Source of the DNA: an uncultured virus (IMG/VR IMGVR_UViG_3300003690_000004)
Lineage: Duplodnaviria > Heunggongvirae > Uroviricota > Caudoviricetes
Virus record (IMG/VR): IMGVR_UViG_3300003690_000004
Strand: one strand, 5' to 3'
Length of the DNA stretch: 64,000 nucleotides
Positions within the stretch are counted from its first letter, which is position 1. Each line of letters begins with the position of its first letter. A program made the translations under genes and the position numbers. Positions 59,143 through 64,000 of this stretch are shown here, in pieces. A model generated the notes under the pieces. The model had not been told where the DNA came from and did no database searches. It was given only the letters and a program-made list of their open reading frames with translations.

Positions 59143-59975
59143 CCGAACATACCCCCCTCTTCTTCCCCGAAGCCGGAGGCCATAAACCTGTCGAGCGAAA
59201 GGTCATCTCCCATCCCTTCCAGCGTGGAGAGACTGTCTATTGCATTGAAGAATGCGCTCTCACTGTACGATAGACCCAACACCCCATCGGCATAATCTAA
59301 GAGCCCATCCATACCATCTCGGTCTAAGAAATTTTCGGGGCATTGTGTGAACACTATCCACACCCCCCTATCTTCATTCATGCAGAAATTCTTGAAGACA
59401 CACGACCACATCCACGCGGGCGGGGTACACACGATATCTCCCTCCACGGGAATACCGGCCAACGATAGAGGCTCTTCCTCTGTATTCATGTAGTCAAATA
59501 CTGCCAAGCCGGTCAAGTCATGGGTAGTGTGGGGGGTGAAGATGCTCATAGTATCGCTCGTGAAAAATGTGGACTGATGAACGCCACATTCGTTCAGTGA
59601 TAGGGTAATGTCGCGCAGGATTGGGTAACAATACAGCCACACATAATTGTTGGCGGCAGGGTCGGCATCTATCATAGTGGGAGCAAAGTGGATAATTCTG
59701 AGGATGAATACCCGCTCTCCCTCGTCGCTTTTTCGCTCGTACAAACGCCACTCGGGGAAAAGAGGGTCAGGTATCTCGTTGAATGCCGGAACAGCGAACA
59801 GTTTTGAGAAGATTCTCGCAATCGGTTTTTCATCCCCGATTAGACCCATGCCCGCACCGAACGAGGCAAACCCCTGCTCCCCTTGATTGAAGATGAGAAT
59901 ATGGGTGGGCTCCCTTTCGGGCTTCCCGTCAATCCACACTATCTCAGTGTCCTTCATGTCTTCAATGAATTTCAT
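59139..59975 (-). CDS. PAC2 (proteasome assembly chaperone, PbaA/PbaB)-like protein
   Basis: 278 aa; PIARIFSKLF, RLYE...FILR, YPILRDITLSLNECGVHQSTFF, DGMDGLLDYADGVLGL; acidic tail ending MFG; remote similarity judged by eye. Confidence 0.45.
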   Translation of the reverse strand: MKFIEDMKDTEIVWIDGKPEREPTHILIFNQGEQGFASFGAGMGLIGDEKPIARIFSKLFAVPAFNEIPDPLFPEWRLYERKSDEGERVFILRIIHFAPTMIDADPAANNYVWLYCYPILRDITLSLNECGVHQSTFFTSDTMSIFTPHTTHDLTGLAVFDYMNTEEEPLSLAGIPVEGDIVCTPPAWMWSCVFKNFCMNEDRGVWIVFTQCPENFLDRDGMDGLLDYADGVLGLSYSESAFFNAIDSLSTLEGMGDDLSLDRFMASGFGEEEGGMFG

Positions 59976-60409
59976 GTTGACTCCTGTTGTTGGTACTCTT
60001 CTAACGCATCACGAAGGAATTTTGGGTGTGATTTCACCGCAGTTCTAACATGAGTCTTGGACGCCAAAGACCTCACCACTTCCCCCAACGGGTGAATGAA
60101 CCACAGTGGGTTCCGTCGCTCCCGCTTTCCGTCGGGACGCAAGTACGGGTCACACTCAGGGTCGGGATAGAAGAGCGGGCTCCGATAGAGAAACTGTACT
60201 ACCTGCGCGGGGGACCAAGTGTGCTTGAGGCGAGCCCCGGACACGGTTTCCCGACTGTTGATGTGGCCGGAAATTTCTTTGGCCGTCATGGGACCCCCTT
60301 CCAAGATGAGCCGCCACGCCAATTTGCATACGGTTCTGCTTCCTGTATCGGCACCCATGCTCCGTCGTGCCTGCAAACGCATATAACCTTCATTGATTCG
60401 ACCCGCCAC
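59972..60409 (-). CDS. Winged-helix DNA-binding protein
   Basis: LILEGGPMTAKEISGHI...SPAQVVQFL. Confidence 0.6.
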   Translation of the reverse strand: MAGRINEGYMRLQARRSMGADTGSRTVCKLAWRLILEGGPMTAKEISGHINSRETVSGARLKHTWSPAQVVQFLYRSPLFYPDPECDPYLRPDGKRERRNPLWFIHPLGEVVRSLASKTHVRTAVKSHPKFLRDALEEYQQQEST

Positions 60410-60422
60410 AGAATAATTGATT

Positions 60423-60543
60423 CGTGGTACTGCGTCCCAATATCCTTTTTCGTCAATTCCTTCAAAGATATGTAAGAGTCAGTTATCAATATACCTCTTT
60501 GAAGGAATTCACAAAATAAGGAAACCGTGGGACTGCGAGCCTG
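60423..60543. promoter_or_regulatory. Intergenic element: 14-bp perfect inverted repeat flanked by CGTGGNACTGCG boxes (candidate origin or operator)
   Basis: AATTCCTTCAAAGA at 60455-60468 and TCTTTGAAGGAATT at 60496-60509; CGTGGTACTGCG near 60423; CGTGGGACTGCGAGCCTG at about 60526-60543. Confidence 0.65.
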
Positions 60544-60575
60544 TTATTTATTCGGTGGGGGTAATCAAAACAAAA

Positions 60576-61448
60576 TTAATTACTTATTTCTAGCCAGCGT
60601 TCGTGTTCAAGACGATTTCTGTCCTTGAAAGGAAGGGTGCCTGTGAGGGGAGCGTAATCAAACTTGTTGGGGTCGTTTTGTTCCAACCAATAACAGACCT
60701 TGTTTGCCTCGTACAATGCCTCGATACATGAGGTCAATAAATCCACCAGCGTTTCTCCGGAGAGGGTAGCGACAGAACCCTTCATTTCGACAGCCTTCAT
60801 CGGTTGGACGATGTGGCTTGTGTGATAGTATCGCGTACAGACCACAAACTTCACCTTGAAATCCTTAATCTCGATTTCCTTTCGACCCCATGTGAAGAGG
60901 GAGGTATCGTTGTTGAAGAATCTCGCTGTAACTGTGGGCTCAATCCAAGAGAAGGTGTCGGAGTAGTCCGTGACCACACCTTGAACGAGAGCCCGTATTT
61001 CTTCAAAGTTAGGGAGAACAGTGAGATATTTTTCGACGCCTGTTGCTATCCATTCATCGTGGGTGTTCTGTTGGGCTTTTATTGAGATGGTGTGCGATGA
61101 TTCTGAAACTATTGCCTGAAAAAACTCAAGGGGCAGAAACATTTCTATTATTCCCTTGAAATCTGTGAACGAATACCTCTCCGGATAAATCACAGCGTTC
61201 GTGAATCTCCATAGGGTTCCGATATCCAAGAAACTTAGTCGGTGTTTTCCCGCTTGAATAATCACGGTGGGTTTCCATTGAATATTGTAATCTTCGGAGG
61301 GCCCTGCGACTCTGCTAACCCGCCGAAAGGTGTCCGCGTGGAGTACCGTGATATCCTCGATGCTGGTTTCAAATACACGCCACGGGATGCCTTCTTTGAG
61401 TGGGTGGTCGGAGCCTGTGGGGTCGTGGAGGTTCGATACAGCGGTCAT
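60576..61448 (-). CDS. Hypothetical protein
   Basis: 290-aa ORF, GGTGG ribosome-binding site. Confidence 0.65.
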   Translation of the reverse strand: MTAVSNLHDPTGSDHPLKEGIPWRVFETSIEDITVLHADTFRRVSRVAGPSEDYNIQWKPTVIIQAGKHRLSFLDIGTLWRFTNAVIYPERYSFTDFKGIIEMFLPLEFFQAIVSESSHTISIKAQQNTHDEWIATGVEKYLTVLPNFEEIRALVQGVVTDYSDTFSWIEPTVTARFFNNDTSLFTWGRKEIEIKDFKVKFVVCTRYYHTSHIVQPMKAVEMKGSVATLSGETLVDLLTSCIEALYEANKVCYWLEQNDPNKFDYAPLTGTLPFKDRNRLEHERWLEISN

Positions 61449-61460
61449 TTTTTTCCCACC

Positions 61461-61799
61461 TTATTCTTCACCTGTGTTTATATTGTTGAATCCTCGGGAG
61501 CCACCGTCATAAACGGGATGAGGCACGACTCTAACGATTAGGACGGTGCCGTAGTTAACGAGAATCCACCCTCCGTTTTCTGAGGCGTCGAGAGCCGCAA
61601 ATTTAGTCTTGTCTTCATCCGACAAATTCAGCATCCCTTTTTCGACATACTCCGCCGATAAAAACTGCCTCTCCATTTCGGTGACTTGAACCTTGACTTC
61701 TCCGCTCTCATCTGTGTGACTCATCTCGATTGGGAAAAAAATATCGTAGATTGCGTTTTCATTAGTGTCGTCATCCATACTCGTCACCTGCTGTTGCAT
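61461..61799 (-). CDS. Hypothetical acidic protein
   Basis: 112-aa ORF in operon. Confidence 0.55.
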   Translation of the reverse strand: MQQQVTSMDDDTNENAIYDIFFPIEMSHTDESGEVKVQVTEMERQFLSAEYVEKGMLNLSDEDKTKFAALDASENGGWILVNYGTVLIVRVVPHPVYDGGSRGFNNINTGEE

Positions 61800-61802
61800 C
61801 TT

Positions 61803-61988
61803 TCAGAGTTTGATGACTCCACCACACTCTGTACAAATCAATTCGTCGTCGGGCGTGACCGCGACGCAATAAAAATTAGACGGCGACATCCGAGCATCCC
61901 GCGGCGTCATCCCTTTCTTAGCGTGGGCCAAACCACAGGCCCCATGTGCGGAAATAATCGCTCGGTAAATCGTCCCCATAAAAATCAC
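61803..61988 (-). CDS. Small Zn-finger protein
   Basis: HGAC...CTECGG. Confidence 0.5.
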   Translation of the reverse strand: MIFMGTIYRAIISAHGACGLAHAKKGMTPRDARMSPSNFYCVAVTPDDELICTECGGVIKL

Positions 61989-62195
61989 CGTCTAACACTA
62001 CAAATCTCATTTCCACAGATGTTACAGAACAGAATCATTCCACCCTGTTCTTCTGAATTTAACCGTAAATCAAGATGGCCGGAGAACCCGGAGGACGCAT
62101 CCATTCTTCCGTTTCTTGATACCATAACACATTCTGAATGGTCTTTCATCAAGGTAGCCCATGATGGAAGACTCATGTTCCACTCGTACTGCATC

Positions 62196-62501
62196 TTAGA
62201 CCCTCCCGTGCCACTTGTTTTCTTTGAGGTGTTTCTCCCCACGCGCCCATGTGATAAAAGCGTCATGGTCCTTCATGCGGTACAGGACGCGCCTTCCCGA
62301 CTTATCCTTATCCACACCCACAGAGCCACGGAGCATATTGGAAATGCTCGTGGGTCCGTTGAGAAGGCGACGACTTCGGCGCCTCTCGCATAGGATATCA
62401 CAAATTTGCTGGGCGCTTAACCATCGAGGGTTTTCAGCGAGTGCTTTACCGATGTACACGCGCGGAGTGTACTTCCGGTTGCTGTGTTTGGCGTTAGTCA
62501 T
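62196..62501 (-). CDS. Basic winged-helix protein (start near 62501)
   Basis: WLSAQQICDIL...TSISNMLR...VLYR. Confidence 0.55.
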   Translation of the reverse strand: MTNAKHSNRKYTPRVYIGKALAENPRWLSAQQICDILCERRRSRRLLNGPTSISNMLRGSVGVDKDKSGRRVLYRMKDHDAFITWARGEKHLKENKWHGRV

Positions 62502-62908
62502 CAGAGGTCCCTCCGTGGGGCGAAGTCTGAGTCCTTTTCTATTGATGGCATACAGTCGGGGGCCCGCGCCTCTTTGCAGTACGGCTGGTCCCATTCACCC
62601 CCGAGAAAGAACATATCGCGGGCGGTTGCCACAGCCCCGCATGATAGACATACGAAGGTTCCGTGGGCGCGACCCTCCAACCATTCCTCCGGGCGATTGT
62701 TTGCGACAATCCCTTGAAAAACACCCATGACTTTCTCAACGAATTCTTCTGAATTATTTTCCATCCACTGTTCGATATCAATTTTGAGGTCTTCGTCCAT
62801 CTCAATATCCTCGTGGATTTCATCTTCACATACGCACAGGATATCCTCTGCGGTGAAAGTCATCTTCCACAGTAGCCACTTGGGGGGTCGGAAGTCGTTT
62901 GGTAGCAT
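62501..62908 (-). CDS. Hypothetical Zn-finger protein
   Basis: CLSC...C...C; start ATG 62908 just after the upstream micro-ORF stop. Confidence 0.55.
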   Translation of the reverse strand: MLPNDFRPPKWLLWKMTFTAEDILCVCEDEIHEDIEMDEDLKIDIEQWMENNSEEFVEKVMGVFQGIVANNRPEEWLEGRAHGTFVCLSCGAVATARDMFFLGGEWDQPYCKEARAPDCMPSIEKDSDFAPRRDL

Positions 62909-62909
62909 T

Positions 62910-63062
62910 CTATTCTTCCTCCTGATTGTGCGGACAGACATGAATTGGGTTTGTCTTATCCAAGTGTTCGCGGCAGGTATGCGTCGGCAATTCGTTACCG
63001 CACTTGCGGCATATTACACCACGGAGTACCGTCATATCAAGGTTTATCATGTCGGTCGCCAT
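62910..63062 (-). CDS. 50-aa Zn-finger microprotein (not in ORF track)
   Basis: MATDMINLDMTVLRGVICRKCGNELPTHTCREHLDKTNPIHVCPHNQEEE; GGAG upstream and TATAAA about 40 nt upstream. Confidence 0.5.
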   Translation of the reverse strand: MATDMINLDMTVLRGVICRKCGNELPTHTCREHLDKTNPIHVCPHNQEEE

Positions 63063-63210
63063 CGCCGCTCTCCGCTAATCTGAACAGACCTTCGGTAGTT
63101 TATAGTCTTAGTGATATTGGCGTTTAACTACCATTGGTAATCAAAAGAAAGGGCTTCGCTATGGTCGGAATTTGTTACGGCCAAAATTTCTGCCTCCGTG
63201 TTTATACAGT

Positions 63211-63543
63211 TTAGGATGACTCTGCGCGCTCAACGGACCAACCCATCTCGGACGCCTTCTCTCCGAGAACCTGTTGGTGGACGCTTGAAGTGCAGTCGTT
63301 GACCCACGCCTCCGCCTCTTTGAGCCACGCCTCCGCCTCCCCCCCGGTGGCCGAGCCCGCGTAGTAGTTAAGGTGGAGGCCGAGGTTTGGAATCTTGATT
63401 CGGACGGCGATATACCGGTTCTTTCCGGGTTCGGGGTTGTCCCAATTCCATAGTCGGATTGTCCCGCACTTGAATGTGTCTAACACACGCGCGAGATTAG
63501 GTAGGTCGCAACGGTGTATGTCGTATTGATTTGTGGTATTCAT
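63211..63543 (-). CDS. Hypothetical protein, stand-alone early-type gene
   Basis: 110 aa; GGAGAG leader; flanked by AT-rich spacers. Confidence 0.6.
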   Translation of the reverse strand: MNTTNQYDIHRCDLPNLARVLDTFKCGTIRLWNWDNPEPGKNRYIAVRIKIPNLGLHLNYYAGSATGGEAEAWLKEAEAWVNDCTSSVHQQVLGEKASEMGWSVERAESS

Positions 63544-63728
63544 CTCTCTCTCTCCGCTCTAATCTGACGATTGAATAACCTCGCTATTAACCTTGCCGGT
63601 CAACCCATTAGTGGTCCACGAGTAGTCCGGGGGATTTTTCTCTTCCGTCATTACTCTGAGCAGAGCGTTGGCGATTTATAATCATATTGATGGCGTGATT
63701 TATTAAAATTGTAACCTCGGTCAACACT

Positions 63729-63745
63729 TAAAAAAAACGGCGGGC
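63729..63745 (-). terminator. Oligo(T) terminator, archaeal type
   Basis: CGCCCGCCGTTTTTTTT on the minus strand downstream of small ORFs. Confidence 0.5.
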
Positions 63746-64000
63746 GTCTTAGTCGTGGTGGTCACTGCTTCGTCCCCCATATCCCACCGTGGCGGTGATG
63801 CTCGATACAGAAGACCTTCGGTAGTTTGTCGGAAGTCGAAAACCATGAGCGAATGCTTTTTCCACAAGTGGCGCACTTCACTCTTTCACCTCTCAATCCA
63901 ACCACCCCATGACCTTCACCAAGATGAGAATAGCAACAAGGAGATTAGCGAAGCCGACGAGCGTTCTCGTCAATTGCATTTGGCCGACATGATGGTTTGA

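Noticed and set aside
63755..64000. Plus-strand 81-aa ORF at the window end
   Set aside because: Antisense to short minus-strand ORFs that have a GAGGTGA ribosome-binding site and a T-tract terminator

Overview
The window is most or all of a tailed archaeal dsDNA virus genome (Caudoviricetes, siphovirus-type: tail tube and tape measure, no sheath). It most resembles the magroviruses of Marine Group II Euryarchaeota (Poseidoniales); that assignment is inferred from gene content and an MGII-style surface-protein gene, not from a database search. Layout: (1) a GC-rich, repeat-bearing left end (1-2450); (2) terminase large subunit and a metallophosphoesterase on the minus strand, diverging from (3) a plus-strand virion module (6.3-43.6 kb) with portal, protease/scaffold, capsid, a 3173-aa Gly-X-Thr collagen fibre followed by a methyltransferase-glycosyltransferase-TPR gene and a 2OG-Fe(II) oxygenase, small membrane proteins, neck, tail tube, frameshifted tail chaperone, tape measure and a 2541-aa tail-tip protein; (4) a minus-strand archaeal-type replication/early module (43.6-64 kb) with ERCC4 nuclease, fused primase, Cas4-like nuclease, PolB, PCNA, Sak4/RadA-like ATPase, OB-fold SSB, RFC, MCM-like ATPase and many small Zn-finger and winged-helix proteins. 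Most interesting observations: a putative virus-encoded collagen glycosylation/hydroxylation cassette; a PAC2-like proteasome-chaperone gene with an HbYX-like tail coupled to an N-terminally truncated MCM-like ATPase; a shared inverted-repeat and ACTGCGAGCC cis-element set at three distant intergenic loci; a PolB with substitutions in all three polymerase motifs; apparent avoidance of GATC, AGCT and CCWGG; and several micro-ORFs missed by the ORF track. All family calls come from motif recognition by eye.
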